A stretch of 64,000 bases of DNA from Nitrospirota bacterium (GTDB lineage: Bacteria > Nitrospirota > UBA9217). A program made the translations under genes and the position numbers. The stretch covers positions 96,001 to 160,000 of the forward strand of contig CAVVOB010000030.1 in the NCBI GenBank assembly GCA_963749655.1, in the 5' to 3' direction. The notes below the pieces were generated by a model that saw nothing but the letters and a program-made list of their open reading frames with translations, was not told the origin of the DNA and did no database searches. Shown piece by piece: positions 30,671 to 40,965 of the stretch. Numbering within the stretch: position 1 is the first letter of the stretch; the number at the start of each line of letters is the position of its first letter.

Positions 30671-31242
30671 TGAAGGAAACAGCACACGTTCATAAGGTCT
30701 TCGAGAAGGTCGCTTATTCGGAAACCGGATTATCCGGCGGGGAATTCGAAGATTGCACGTTCATAAACTGCAATTTCTCTGATGCCGACCTGTCCCACAG
30801 TCGTTTTGTTGACTGTCAGTTGATTGACTGCAATCTGAGCATGGCAAAGGTCACGCATGCCGGAATGAGCACAGTAGCTTTTCTGAACTGCAAGGTTGTG
30901 GGCGTCGATTTCAGCCGTTGCCTGCCCCTCCTGTTTGCGGTGAGCTTTGAGAAGTGCAGTCTGGACTATTCCATTTTCATCAAGAACAGGTTGAAGAAAA
31001 CGAAGTTCAAGGAATGCAGTATCAGGGAGGCGGACTTCACCGAAGCGGACCTGACAGGCGCATCCTTTGACAATTGCGACCTGTCGAATACCCTCTTTTG
31101 CCGTACAAATCTGAGCCAGGCGGATTTCAGAACGTCGCGCAATTACTCGATCAACCCTGAGCTGAACACGGTTCGGAAGGCGAAGTTCTCCTTTTCCGGA
31201 ATAGCCGGGTTGCTGCGCCAATACGATATAATAATAGAGTGA
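30671..31242 (+). CDS. Pentapeptide repeat protein
   Basis: Repeated A(D/N)L/F-xx pentapeptides (ADLSH, ADFTE, ADLTG, TNLSQ). Confidence 0.9.
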
Positions 31243-31370
31243 AGGGCAGGCGCCTAAATCGGTTCAGCCGGCAGGTCGGGTAGAGAGCAACGAAACCCGA
31301 CATGAGTAGAGAAGCTGTCGGGTCACAAAGCGCGCCACTGCCCAAGCGTCCTGTTCAAAGGAGATTTGTT

Positions 31371-31625
31371 ATGCGTTGGCACGAAGCGTTCAACCAATCG
31401 GGTTTCTCAAAATTCCTCAACAGGCCGGCGGGCCGCATCTTTCGTTTGGTCGCCGGCACAGGCTTCCTCGTGGTAGGTTCCGTGTATCGGGACCATGCAC
31501 TCGGCGTGCTGTCCATGGCATGGAGCGTTCTCCCCTTGAGCGCGGGAGCGTTTGACATCTGCTTCATCAGCGCTGCGCTGGGTGGTCCGCTAGCCGGCGT
31601 AAAGATCCGCGGTAGGTACCGGTAA
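31371..31625 (+). CDS. Small membrane protein (YgaP/DUF2892-like)
   Basis: GRIFRLVAG...PLSAGAFDIC. Confidence 0.65.
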   Translation: MRWHEAFNQSGFSKFLNRPAGRIFRLVAGTGFLVVGSVYRDHALGVLSMAWSVLPLSAGAFDICFISAALGGPLAGVKIRGRYR

Positions 31626-31787
31626 GTCGCCAGGTCGGGTAGAGCAGGGTGGTAGAACCAATGTGAAACCAGCAGGCATTGTCTGAAATACCGAAGGGCA
31701 GCATCTCCGGCGATCCCGGCTAAATCCAGCGTCGGAACTGATTGGTGGGAAAAAAGTCTGATGAAAATCACGTAAAGGAGATGCCAC

Positions 31788-32567
31788 ATGAGTGCCGCGA
31801 ACGCAATGCAGATAGTGCAGGAAGCCATAGAAGCGCAGGGCGGGATGGATTACTGGAACAGCCTTGGCGCGCTCGACGTGGAAATCACAGCCCGCGGATT
31901 CCTTTTCACTGCAAAGGGCCGGCCGATTCTGGACCGCGTCCGCATGCGGGCCTACACGAGCGAGCCGCGATTCGCCTTCTTTGATTTTCCGAAGCCCGGA
32001 CAGACCGCCGAGCTCATGGGGAATAACGAGGTCCGCATCCTTGACAGCGAAGGCAAGATCGTCGCGCAGCGGATGAACCCGCGGGCGGCGTTCAGCGGGG
32101 TCCGGCGGCTGTTCTTCTGGGACGACCTGGATTTCATCTATTTCGGCGGCTATGCCACCTGGAACTACCTGACAACGCCCTTCATGCTTGCGCGCAAGGG
32201 CTTTCAGATCGAGGCCCTCGGACCCCTGCAGGGTGAGCTTGGGAAATACACCCGTTTGCGGGCGACCTTTCCCGACGACGTTCCGACGCACTCCCGGCAG
32301 CAGATCTTCTATTTCGACGAACGCCGCCTGCTGCGGCGCCTCGATTACACGGCCGAGGTCGTCGGCGGCTGGGCGCATGCAGCCCACCTGTGCGATGAAT
32401 ACCGGACCTTTGACAGGCTCATTGCCCCGACGCGGAGGAAAGTGCTGCCGCTCTTCTTCGGACGCGGGCCGCTGCCCGGGCCGACGCTGGTCGAGCTGGA
32501 CGTGCATGTTATCCGGCCGGTTCCGGCTTCCGATGTTCGCAGTTCGGGCAACGCTCCTTTTAAATAA
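31788..32567 (+). CDS. Conserved hypothetical protein
   Basis: IEAQGGMDYW, WDDLDFIYFGGYATWNYL, THSRQQIFYFD; AAGGAG RBS. Confidence 0.8.
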   Translation: MSAANAMQIVQEAIEAQGGMDYWNSLGALDVEITARGFLFTAKGRPILDRVRMRAYTSEPRFAFFDFPKPGQTAELMGNNEVRILDSEGKIVAQRMNPRAAFSGVRRLFFWDDLDFIYFGGYATWNYLTTPFMLARKGFQIEALGPLQGELGKYTRLRATFPDDVPTHSRQQIFYFDERRLLRRLDYTAEVVGGWAHAAHLCDEYRTFDRLIAPTRRKVLPLFFGRGPLPGPTLVELDVHVIRPVPASDVRSSGNAPFK

Positions 32568-32909
32568 TAGAGGTATCGGCGTTCTGAACGCGGATTTCCA
32601 TCCGGCTTGTGACATCTGCCGGACAAAGCGAACAAAGGTTTTACAGAATGGAGGATGCAATGCCCAAGGCGAACCAAGGCGGTTGGAAAACCTGCTCGCG
32701 CGGGCATAAGTACCGAAGCCTGCATTTTTGTCCGGTATGATGGCCGGGCCGCGTTCAGCAGGCAGCTGAACCAGGAAAATCCAGACGCTCCAGCGCAAAG
32801 AAGAGAAGAGGGCATGATTGAACTGAAGCCCGGTGTTCACGAAGTGCAGAAACATGGAGTGCGCCCGCCAATCAGTCATCGTATAAAGTATTCGCATCGC
32901 AAATAAAAA

Positions 32910-33302
32910 CGTCATTCCAGCGAAGGCTGGAATCCAGTGTTCGTTTCTTCGGTTCAATACGTTCACAGGAACTTTTTCACATGAAGAACTTTAATGTCTA
33001 TATTCTTTGCAGCAAGCGAAACGGCACATTGTACACAGGTGTTACCTCCAATCTTATCCAGCGCATCTTTGAGCACAAAAATGATTTGGCCGACGGTTTT
33101 ACAAAGACCTACCAGGTTCATCTTCTCGTCTGGTATGAAGTACACCAGACGGCGGAAAGTGCCATCACCCGGGAAAAGCAGATCAAGTCATGGAAGCGAT
33201 CCTGGAAATTACGCTTGATTGAGGAAGGCAATCCGCAATGGGCGGATCTGTACGAAACCATTTGCAGCTAATAACTGGATTCCAGCCTTCGCTGGAATGA
33301 CG
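32910..33302. mobile_element. GIY-YIG nuclease gene inside perfect 29-bp inverted repeats
   Basis: CGTCATTCCAGCGAAGGCTGGAATCCAGT (32910-32938) and its exact reverse complement (33274-33302). Confidence 0.8.
32981..33271 (+). CDS. Small GIY-YIG nuclease
   Basis: VYIL.SKRNGTLYTGVT, AITREKQIK.WKR.WK..LIE..NP.W.DL. Confidence 0.92.
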   Translation: MKNFNVYILCSKRNGTLYTGVTSNLIQRIFEHKNDLADGFTKTYQVHLLVWYEVHQTAESAITREKQIKSWKRSWKLRLIEEGNPQWADLYETICS

Positions 33303-33323
33303 AAGCGGTAAACGTCAAATCCC

Positions 33324-34637
33324 ATGGACAACCAATTCATCTCCCTTTCCTCCTGGCCCAAGGCCATCCTCCACCTCGACGCCGACGCCTTCTTCGCGTC
33401 CTGCGAACAGGCGGTCCATCCCGAGCTGCGCGGCCGCCCGGTAGTCACGGGCAAGGAGCGCGGCATCGTTGCCGCCGCCTCCTACGAGGCAAAGGCGCGG
33501 GGCGTGCAGCGCGGGGTGCGGCTGTGGGACGTGAAGAAGCTCTGCCCCGACGCCGTGATCCTGCCGTCGGACTACGAGACCTACAGCCTGTTCTCGGTCA
33601 GGATGTTCGAGATCCTCAGGCGGTTCTCGCCCGACGTGGAGGAGTATTCCATCGACGAGGCCTTTGTGGACCTTACGGGCCTGCGACGCAGCTTTCACGG
33701 CTCCTACGAGTCCATCGCCCGGAAGATGCAGGACACGATCCAGCAGGAGCTGGGGCTGTCCGTCTCGGTCGGCGTCTCCCTCTCGAAGGTGCTGGCCAAG
33801 ATCGGGTCGAAGCACAAGAAGCCGCACGGCATCACCATGATCCCGGGCCGGGAGGTCCATCTCTTTCTCGAAAAGCTTCCCATAGAAAAGGTCTGGGGCA
33901 TCGGGCCGAACACCGCGGCCTTTCTGAACAAGTGCGGCATCACGACGGCGCTCCAGTTCGCGCGCAAAGACGAGGCCTTTGTCACAAAGCACCTGTCCAA
34001 GCCCTATCAGGAGATCTGGCACGAGCTGAACGGCAGAAGCGTCTACCCTGTTACGACGGAGACGAAGAACAGCTACCAGTCCATCAGCAAGGCAAAGACC
34101 TTCACGCCGGCGTCGGTTGACGAATCGTTCGTTTTTGCTCAGCTTGCGAAAAATCTGGAGAACGCCTGCATCAAGGCGCGGCGCTACAAGCTCGCGGCGA
34201 CGAAGGTCGTCATCTTTCTCCGGAAGCAGGACTTCACGAGCACCGGTGTCGAGCTCAAGCTCACCCGCCCCACGGCCTATCCTGCCGAGCTCTTCGAGCT
34301 CCTGCGCGCCGGGTTCCGCCGGCTCTATCAGCCGAAAACGTCCTATCGCCAGACCGGCGCGGTGCTGGGCGGCCTGGTCGCCGAGAGCGGGGTCCAATAC
34401 TCGCTGTTCGACGATACGACGAAGATCGAAAAGATGGCAAGAATCTACGCGAGCATTGACGAGATCTCCCGGAAGTACGGAAAGCACACGATCCAGCACG
34501 CTGCGAGCCTGCCCACGAAGCTTCAGGCCCAGCACGAGGGCGCGCGGGGCGATATTCCGCTGCGGCGCGCGATCCTGTTTAAAGGCGAGAACAAGCGGCA
34601 GCGTCTGCGGCTGCCCATGCTGCATGTGAAGGTGTAG
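33324..34637 (+). CDS. Y-family DNA polymerase (UmuC/DinB-like)
   Basis: HLDADAFFASCE, AASYEAK, YSIDEAF, VWGIG. Confidence 0.92.
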   Translation: MDNQFISLSSWPKAILHLDADAFFASCEQAVHPELRGRPVVTGKERGIVAAASYEAKARGVQRGVRLWDVKKLCPDAVILPSDYETYSLFSVRMFEILRRFSPDVEEYSIDEAFVDLTGLRRSFHGSYESIARKMQDTIQQELGLSVSVGVSLSKVLAKIGSKHKKPHGITMIPGREVHLFLEKLPIEKVWGIGPNTAAFLNKCGITTALQFARKDEAFVTKHLSKPYQEIWHELNGRSVYPVTTETKNSYQSISKAKTFTPASVDESFVFAQLAKNLENACIKARRYKLAATKVVIFLRKQDFTSTGVELKLTRPTAYPAELFELLRAGFRRLYQPKTSYRQTGAVLGGLVAESGVQYSLFDDTTKIEKMARIYASIDEISRKYGKHTIQHAASLPTKLQAQHEGARGDIPLRRAILFKGENKRQRLRLPMLHVKV

Positions 34638-34659
34638 CACGGAGAAAAAAGGCATTATC

Positions 34660-34744
34660 CACCGCGGAGGCGCTGAGACGCCGAGAAAAGATTTTACGGT
34701 AAGAACTGAAAAGCTTCCTCCGCGCCTCTGCGACTCAGCGGTTC
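34660..34744. repeat. 9-bp-period inverted repeat element
   Basis: ACCGCGGAGGCGCTGAGACGCCGAG ... CTCCGCGCCTCTGCGACTCAGCGGT. Confidence 0.65.
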
Positions 34745-34863
34745 AACAAGTTCAGCGTTTCGAGCATTATACCTGTCACGGAGGGCCTTATCAGGCTTTA
34801 TCAGTGTCGATTGTTTTTGGTATATTTAATTTGAGCTAGTACGGGCCAGGGCGACAAGAAACC

Positions 34864-35424
34864 ATGAATAAGGAACAAGCACTCAAGAAGATCGCGGCAG
34901 AAATCAGCCGCTGTCCTCTCTGTAAAAAAGGCGGCACGGGCAAGCCCGTTCCCGGTGAAGGAAGCCCCGATGCGCGTGTCATGTTCATCGGCGAGGCCCC
35001 GGGCAAGGAGGAGGCCAAGGTCGGCCGCCCCTTTATCGGCAGGTCGGGTAAGTTCCTGCGCCAGGCGTTACAAACCATCGGGCTCGTTGAGGGAGATATC
35101 TTCATCACGAGTCCGGGACACTATCTCCCGCTCCGCGGCAAACCGTCAGAGGAAACGGTGATCCACGGGAGACTTCACCTGTTCAAGCAGATCGACGTCA
35201 TAAATCCTGCTGTCATCGTGCTTCTCGGGGCAACTGCCTGTTTCGCAGTGCTCGACAGAAAAGCCGAGGTCTCACGTGAGCATGGCGCCTTGATCCGCAT
35301 GAACAACAGGACGCATCTCATTACCTTCCATCCGGCCTATGCAATGCGCTTCTCTCCGGGCAAGGAGCAGTTCATCGCGGATCTTCAAAAGCTGAAGCGA
35401 CTGCTTTCCCGCGCAAAGAAATGA
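34864..35424 (+). CDS. Uracil-DNA glycosylase, family 4
   Basis: CPLC, FIGEAPG.EE, GRPFIGRSG, TFHPAY. Confidence 0.9.
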   Translation: MNKEQALKKIAAEISRCPLCKKGGTGKPVPGEGSPDARVMFIGEAPGKEEAKVGRPFIGRSGKFLRQALQTIGLVEGDIFITSPGHYLPLRGKPSEETVIHGRLHLFKQIDVINPAVIVLLGATACFAVLDRKAEVSREHGALIRMNNRTHLITFHPAYAMRFSPGKEQFIADLQKLKRLLSRAKK

Positions 35425-35458
35425 CCATCACGCTTTCCCTGAGCCATACCCTTTTCAT

Positions 35459-36268
35459 CTAATAACCGCCGCCCCAGTCCGGATCGATGATGCTCGTGTC
35501 CTCAAGCTCGGCAATGTAGTTCCTGATCCTCTGCGCGTTCGTCCCAATATCACCCTCGCCTACGCGTGAAACAGAGCGGATATCTACTCTGCTGCCGCCT
35601 GGGGCCGGAGCAATCCTGACGACCACATCGTCGGTGAATCCGAACCAGAAGGTCGTGGCCATTGCTTCGATGCGGCCTTGAGCAGGATCAGCCGCGATGA
35701 TTTTCCACCCCATATTCTTCGCAGAAATGAGCGCCCGCTCGAAGGCCACGGGTGCAGCGATCGGCAGAACAAGCGGCCTGATGTCAGGATAGGCGGCTTC
35801 CTGCACGGCGGCCACCTTGGCTCCGGGATACGTTGCCGGGGTCGGGGCATCCTTCCTGAGCGGCATGATCGATACGAATTGCGGCGGATTCGAAATGTCG
35901 GTTGTTATATCATTGATAGTAGGCATGCGTTCGGCGGTGCGCAGCCAGGACAACGGGATTCCCGATGCAACGAGCCCGATGATGATTCCTGCTGCGGCAA
36001 CGAAGAACAAGGCCGGTCGATGTTCATGCCTCACTGAAAGACCGCCGACCAGCGATACGATGGCAGCTAAAGCGCCGGCAACAGCGGACCACTGAAGAAT
36101 TACGAACCCGTGCGTAAAGCTCCACCAGCCCCATTTGCTTCCCAGGCCTGCGAAAGCATCCCCGAGAGCGGAAAGCACGGCGATCGTCAGTCCCGCCTGC
36201 GCAAGATGGGCGATGAATGCTCCGTGCGCTATGTATGTGTGTTTCATGGTTTCCTGCTGTGTATTCAT
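35459..36268 (-). CDS. DUF1499 domain membrane protein
   Basis: INDITTD..NPPQF, YPDIRPL, TFWFGFTDDVVVR, SRVGEGDIGTNA.RI. Confidence 0.85.
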   Translation of the reverse strand: MNTQQETMKHTYIAHGAFIAHLAQAGLTIAVLSALGDAFAGLGSKWGWWSFTHGFVILQWSAVAGALAAIVSLVGGLSVRHEHRPALFFVAAAGIIIGLVASGIPLSWLRTAERMPTINDITTDISNPPQFVSIMPLRKDAPTPATYPGAKVAAVQEAAYPDIRPLVLPIAAPVAFERALISAKNMGWKIIAADPAQGRIEAMATTFWFGFTDDVVVRIAPAPGGSRVDIRSVSRVGEGDIGTNAQRIRNYIAELEDTSIIDPDWGGGY

Positions 36269-36332
36269 GGAATTATCCTCCTTGATAACAGAACCGCAAG
36301 CTTCCGTCCGCTGCGAGCGGACGCAGAAGCTT

Positions 36333-37055
36333 CTACGCAGCCAGTGCAGCGAGCTGGACACGGTTTCTGAGCTCGATGGTCTCTCCCCGCACCTGCGACG
36401 AAAGCGGCGATGCCAGATAAGCAATGTAATGTCCGACTTCATCGGCCGTAAGCCACGCGGGATTGGCGTGGATCCGCGACCGGGTGCGCAGCGGCGCGTT
36501 TATCACGACGGTGTTGATGCGAACACCGGACTTCCGGTGCTCGACTACCAGGGCATTCTTCAGCATCAGCTGCGCCGATGCGGTTACTGACAACGGACCC
36601 GCACCCGGAACGGGATTCACTGCAGCCGGTCCGTTGATGAAGGTATAACTGCTGCCGTGCCCCCGGGCCAGGAGAGGCAGAAACGTCCGGGCAACGATGA
36701 AGTGTGACGTCAGGCTGTCCGCGAGTGCCTGCTGCCACTCCTCCTGCGTCACCTGAACGAGGGCCGGACCGGCGTGCAGGCCGCCAAGCGAGGCCACGAC
36801 GGCATCGATCCTGCCGGCATCGTGTTGAATCCGGTCGCGGATCTCTTCGGCGCCGCCAGCGGAGCCAATGTCGTCTTCAAAGGTAATCAGCCGGTCCGGG
36901 GACGTCACGCGCTTTCGCAGCAGTTGAATACGGTCTTTCGATCGGGAAGGGACGACAACGGTCGCTCCCTCTTCGAGGAATGCCTCGACAATGCCCTCGC
37001 CTATCTCTCCGGTACCGCCGGCTATCAATGCGATTTTATTTTCCAGAATGCCCAT
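36333..37055 (-). CDS. SDR family oxidoreductase
   Basis: IAGGTGEIG Rossmann motif. Confidence 0.8.
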   Translation of the reverse strand: MGILENKIALIAGGTGEIGEGIVEAFLEEGATVVVPSRSKDRIQLLRKRVTSPDRLITFEDDIGSAGGAEEIRDRIQHDAGRIDAVVASLGGLHAGPALVQVTQEEWQQALADSLTSHFIVARTFLPLLARGHGSSYTFINGPAAVNPVPGAGPLSVTASAQLMLKNALVVEHRKSGVRINTVVINAPLRTRSRIHANPAWLTADEVGHYIAYLASPLSSQVRGETIELRNRVQLAALAA

Positions 37056-37321
37056 TTATTTTCCTCCGTTTATTCCTGCGCCGGAAGCGAATTGTCCGTC
37101 GCGGGAGGGTGACTCGCAACCTATTCGAAAAAAGACTTATGTCGTCCTCTTTATATATTCATTCTAGCACGCCTGCCTGAAGCAACGGCGGGAAAGGGCT
37201 TCGCAGAGGATAAGCTCATATGCGACCTTTGTCGTATCCTTCGGAAGAGGTCAAGGGATTGATGTATACTAGTACAGGTACAGAGCCTGGAGACGCGTCT
37301 CCTGCAGAGAGGAAAACCGTA

Positions 37322-38149
37322 ATGATTGTTTATCCCAGAATCGATCCCGAAATCGTCCGCATCGGACCGCTCGCCCTGAGATGGTATGGTCTCATGTATG
37401 CCCTGGGATTTGCATCGTCCTATGTGCTGGTGAGGCATCAATTGAAGAAAGGCGCCGTACCTGTCTCCGCCGGGAAGCGGGAAATCAAGGACAAAACGGC
37501 ACCCATCGTACCGGACGTCTTTCTTGATGCCCTGTACACCTATTTGGTAGTCGGTCTTGTTCTCGGCGCACGGTTGGGCTACGTTCTCTTCTATGACTTT
37601 TCAGTCTATCTCCATGATCCCCTCGAGATCATGCGGGTCTGGCACGGCGGGATGTCGTTTCACGGAGGGATGATCGGGACCCTTGCGGCGGGGTACTGGT
37701 GCTGCTGCAGATATGGCGTGGAATTCTGGCGCGCTGCAGATCTCGTGATCGTGACTGCGCCGGTCGGCCTCGGGCTCGGCAGGCTCGGCAATTTCATAAA
37801 CGGCGAGCTGTTCGGGAGGGTAGCCACGGTGCCCTGGGCCATGGTTTTTCCCGCAGGGGGGCCGCTGCCGCGCCATCCGTCGCAGCTCTACGAATTTCTG
37901 CTGGAAGGAGTGCTGCTTTTCACCATACTCTGGAAAGCGAAGGACCTGCCGCACAAGCCGGGCGCGATGACGGCGGCCTTTCTCGTGCTCTACGGCCTCT
38001 TCCGTTTTTTCGTGGAATTTTTCCGTGAGCCCGATGCGCAGCTCGGCTTCATCGCCGGTCCGTTCACCATGGGCCAGATCCTGAGCGTGCTTACGTCGAT
38101 TGCAGGCGTCGCACTGTTTCTCCATCGGAGAAGGACCTCACGTACCTGA
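37322..38149 (+). CDS. lgt: Prolipoprotein diacylglyceryl transferase
   Basis: LRWYGLMY, GARLGYV, GGMSFHGG, GRLGNFINGELFGR, RHPSQLYE. Confidence 0.95.
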   Translation: MIVYPRIDPEIVRIGPLALRWYGLMYALGFASSYVLVRHQLKKGAVPVSAGKREIKDKTAPIVPDVFLDALYTYLVVGLVLGARLGYVLFYDFSVYLHDPLEIMRVWHGGMSFHGGMIGTLAAGYWCCCRYGVEFWRAADLVIVTAPVGLGLGRLGNFINGELFGRVATVPWAMVFPAGGPLPRHPSQLYEFLLEGVLLFTILWKAKDLPHKPGAMTAAFLVLYGLFRFFVEFFREPDAQLGFIAGPFTMGQILSVLTSIAGVALFLHRRRTSRT

Positions 38150-38216
38150 TCGACAGCGCCGATGACTGCGCATCGCTCCTTTGGTATAATAGAAGACATG
38201 GCGCGAACAACGACGA

Positions 38217-39368
38217 ATGACGGAGGTTGATAGAATGACGACGGAAGGGATCATTACAGCGGAAGACCTGAAGAAGCGCCTGGACAGGGGCGAGGTGGGC
38301 TTTCTGTTCGATCTGAGGAACGAGGACGAGTTCAAGTCATGGAGGATCGAGGGCAGAAAAGACGTCGAGACCCTGAACATTCCCCAGCCTGATTTCGTGG
38401 GAGAAGAGGAGCGTCATCTCTCGAAGTTTCCGAAAGACAAAAAGATCGTAGCCGTCTGCGCCCACGGAGACGCTGCAAAATATTCCGCTGATCTGTTGAG
38501 CGGCCATGGGTTCAATATCCTGAGCCTCAAGGGCGGCATGGACGCCTGGAGCGAATTCTACGAAACGCACAAGGTAAGCGACGAACCTGCGATTTATCAG
38601 GTCTATCGCATGGCGCGGGGCTGCATCGCCTATCTGATCGCATCCAAGGGGACCGCCGTGGTGATCGATTCCGCGCGGCATGTCGACCGCATGCTGGACC
38701 TGGCAAAAACGCTCCAGGTGCGGATCACCCAGGTGCTCGACACGCATCTGCACGCCGACCATATTTCCGGCGGCCGGGAACTCGCTGAAAAATGCGGCGC
38801 GGCCTACTACCTCCATTCGGCCGACGCTGAAGGGGCGATGATCAATTATACGCCCCTGGCTGACGGGAACAGGATTTCGTTCGGATCGAGCACGATCGAG
38901 GTCGTTCATTCGCCCGGTCACACGCCGGGCAGTACCTCTTTCCTGCTTGATAAAAGATATCTATTCACCGGCGATACGATCATGAAAGCGAGCCTCGGCA
39001 GGCCCGACTTGGGGGGCAAGGCCGAAGCCTGGTCGGCGCTGCTCTATGACACGCTCTTCAGGCGCTATGCCGGCCTCGACGACTCGATAGTCGTCCTGCC
39101 GAGCCACGCCTCGTCGGTCCGGGAGCAGGACGAGCAGGGTATCATCAGTACGACCCTGGGCCAGGCGCGCAGGGAACGGGACCTGTTCCAGATCCGCGAC
39201 AAGAACGCCTTTGCCGCACATATCAAGAAAAACTTGCTCGAGAACCCCGAGCGCTATCAGGTCATCAGGAACGTGAATCTCGGGATGCCGGCCGACGAGG
39301 CCAAGCAGAAAGAGCTGGAGATCGGGAAAAATCTTTGCGGTATGGCGAAGCAGAACGCTGCTGCATAG
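38217..39368 (+). CDS. Rhodanese plus MBL-fold hydrolase (persulfide dioxygenase-like)
   Basis: Rhodanese VCAHG; DTHLHADHISG, SPGHTPGS, FTGD. Confidence 0.85.
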   Translation: MTEVDRMTTEGIITAEDLKKRLDRGEVGFLFDLRNEDEFKSWRIEGRKDVETLNIPQPDFVGEEERHLSKFPKDKKIVAVCAHGDAAKYSADLLSGHGFNILSLKGGMDAWSEFYETHKVSDEPAIYQVYRMARGCIAYLIASKGTAVVIDSARHVDRMLDLAKTLQVRITQVLDTHLHADHISGGRELAEKCGAAYYLHSADAEGAMINYTPLADGNRISFGSSTIEVVHSPGHTPGSTSFLLDKRYLFTGDTIMKASLGRPDLGGKAEAWSALLYDTLFRRYAGLDDSIVVLPSHASSVREQDEQGIISTTLGQARRERDLFQIRDKNAFAAHIKKNLLENPERYQVIRNVNLGMPADEAKQKELEIGKNLCGMAKQNAAA

Positions 39369-39491
39369 ATGGTAACTTGTTGCGGGCATGACATTGCCCG
39401 CACGAAGCCGCAAAGGCATTGAAAAGGACCTTAACCTCCGGGCCTGTGCTTGCACAGGCCCTTTTCATTTCGGGTTGTCGGGAGGTGTCGG

Positions 39492-40427
39492 TCAGCGCAG
39501 CGCATTCGGCATGGGCGGAAGGGAAACGGCCGTCAGTGCGGCCAGCGGGCCGGCTGCCCTCAGCCGCTCGAGCTGTCCGCTGTTTCTGACGAAGAGCGAG
39601 CCTGCAAAGGCCAGAGAGTTCAGGGAGATGTCTTCGTAAAACTCCACGGAGCGCGGCACCACAAGCATCCACTCACGGGTCATGAGAAAGCAATAGGGAA
39701 GGGACTGGCGCACCAGGCTGTCCCCGGATGGGGTGCTGATGCCTGTTTCTGCAAGCAGCGCCCGGTAAAGGGCGAAGGACTCCTTCGCCGCCTCGACAGG
39801 ACTGCGTACGAGGCCGGGAGGTAGGCGGACGAAAGCGTGGCGGAAGGGAAATCCCGGTACGGTCCCGATCCCGGCGGAAGGCGCCCGGCCCAGAAGGGGC
39901 GCGACGGGAACGGGCGGGCCCGAAGGAGCAAGGGGAAGGGGAACCAGCTGGAGATGCTTGTGCTGCTGGCTCGCACCGGCATCGCGACCGCCGTTGTAGA
40001 AGCCGAGGGAGTCGTACTCGGCCATGCAGAGCCAGAGCGCCTCGAAATCCCGCAGGGTCAGGAGCATGTCCTGGTCTTCGAAGTGCCGCGTGATGATCAG
40101 CAGGTGGTTTTCCACAACGTTGAACTTGTTCAGGACGGCCAGGTGCGTGTCAGTGATGTCGGCAACGACAAGGTCCTTCTCCGGCGGCAGGAAGGGGTTG
40201 ACGGGCTTCCCCGCTCCGACAGCGGCTTCCTGCTGTTTTCTTGCCTCATCCTTCCGCGAAAGGGTCGAGAGCACGCGGACGAAATAACCCGCTCCCCCGT
40301 CTTCCAAAAAGGTGTAGTCCGTCGGCACAGGCACGAGCGCGCCGAGCGCGAGGGCGCGTTCCGTTGTTTCCCTTACCGCATTCCACAGGGTGCCCTGCTT
40401 AAAGGTCATTGTTCCTTCTTTAGCCAT
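39492..40427 (-). CDS. ATP adenylyltransferase / Ap4A phosphorylase
   Basis: NPFLP, LNKFNV, FYNGG..AGASQQHKHLQ. Confidence 0.88.
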   Translation of the reverse strand: MAKEGTMTFKQGTLWNAVRETTERALALGALVPVPTDYTFLEDGGAGYFVRVLSTLSRKDEARKQQEAAVGAGKPVNPFLPPEKDLVVADITDTHLAVLNKFNVVENHLLIITRHFEDQDMLLTLRDFEALWLCMAEYDSLGFYNGGRDAGASQQHKHLQLVPLPLAPSGPPVPVAPLLGRAPSAGIGTVPGFPFRHAFVRLPPGLVRSPVEAAKESFALYRALLAETGISTPSGDSLVRQSLPYCFLMTREWMLVVPRSVEFYEDISLNSLAFAGSLFVRNSGQLERLRAAGPLAALTAVSLPPMPNALR

Positions 40428-40556
40428 ACAATATCCGTTCTGTAAATAAAACCGGCCGCGTGCGGAAAAATGATTGCCGCAAATTATGCCTGGATGTTCA
40501 TTCTGACAGGCAAGCAGATGAGCTCTTGAATGGGATTCCGGGAAGGATTATAGCAT

Positions 40557-40668
40557 GATGTAGTCGTAAGAAGTCAAGATTTGCCACAAGGCACAAAAAG
40601 CACAAAGAGAGTCTTTGGAAAATTTTAAACCTTTGTGACTTGCTAAAAAGACTTTTTACGAGATCATC
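40557..40668. mobile_element. MITE with ISDol1-like ends
   Basis: GATGTAGTCGTAAGAAGTC ... GACTTTTTACGAGATCATC, similar to the ends of IS 20081-21952; flanks ATAGCAT/AGAGCAT. Confidence 0.7.
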
Positions 40669-40737
40669 AGAGCATAGACGCGTGAAAAAACGAATAGTTC
40701 GCCGTTTCCCCGGCAAAGGATCGGCTGGCAGCGGGGG

Positions 40738-40965
40738 TTATGCAGCCTTGTGTCCCCGGAAAGTGATCCTGCCTCGCGTAAGATCGTAGGGCGACAGCTC
40801 GACGGTGACGCTGTCGCCGGAAAGGATCTTGATATAGTGGATGCGCATCTTTCCGGCGAGGTGGGCGAGCACGATATGTCCCCCCTCGATCTCGATGCGG
40901 AACATCGCGTTGGGGAGCGCTTCAATGACCTTGCCCTGCACTCTTATGATATCTTCCTTGGGCAT
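40738..40965 (-). CDS. infA: Translation initiation factor IF-1
   Basis: [35 protein letters not shown]. Confidence 0.95.
   Translation of the reverse strand: MPKEDIIRVQGKVIEALPNAMFRIEIEGGHIVLAHLAGKMRIHYIKILSGDSVTVELSPYDLTRGRITFRGHKAA

Noticed and set aside
31590-32966. 458-aa minus-strand ORF starting WIPAFAGMT
   Set aside because: Translation of the palindromic repeat plus antisense of the 31788 gene
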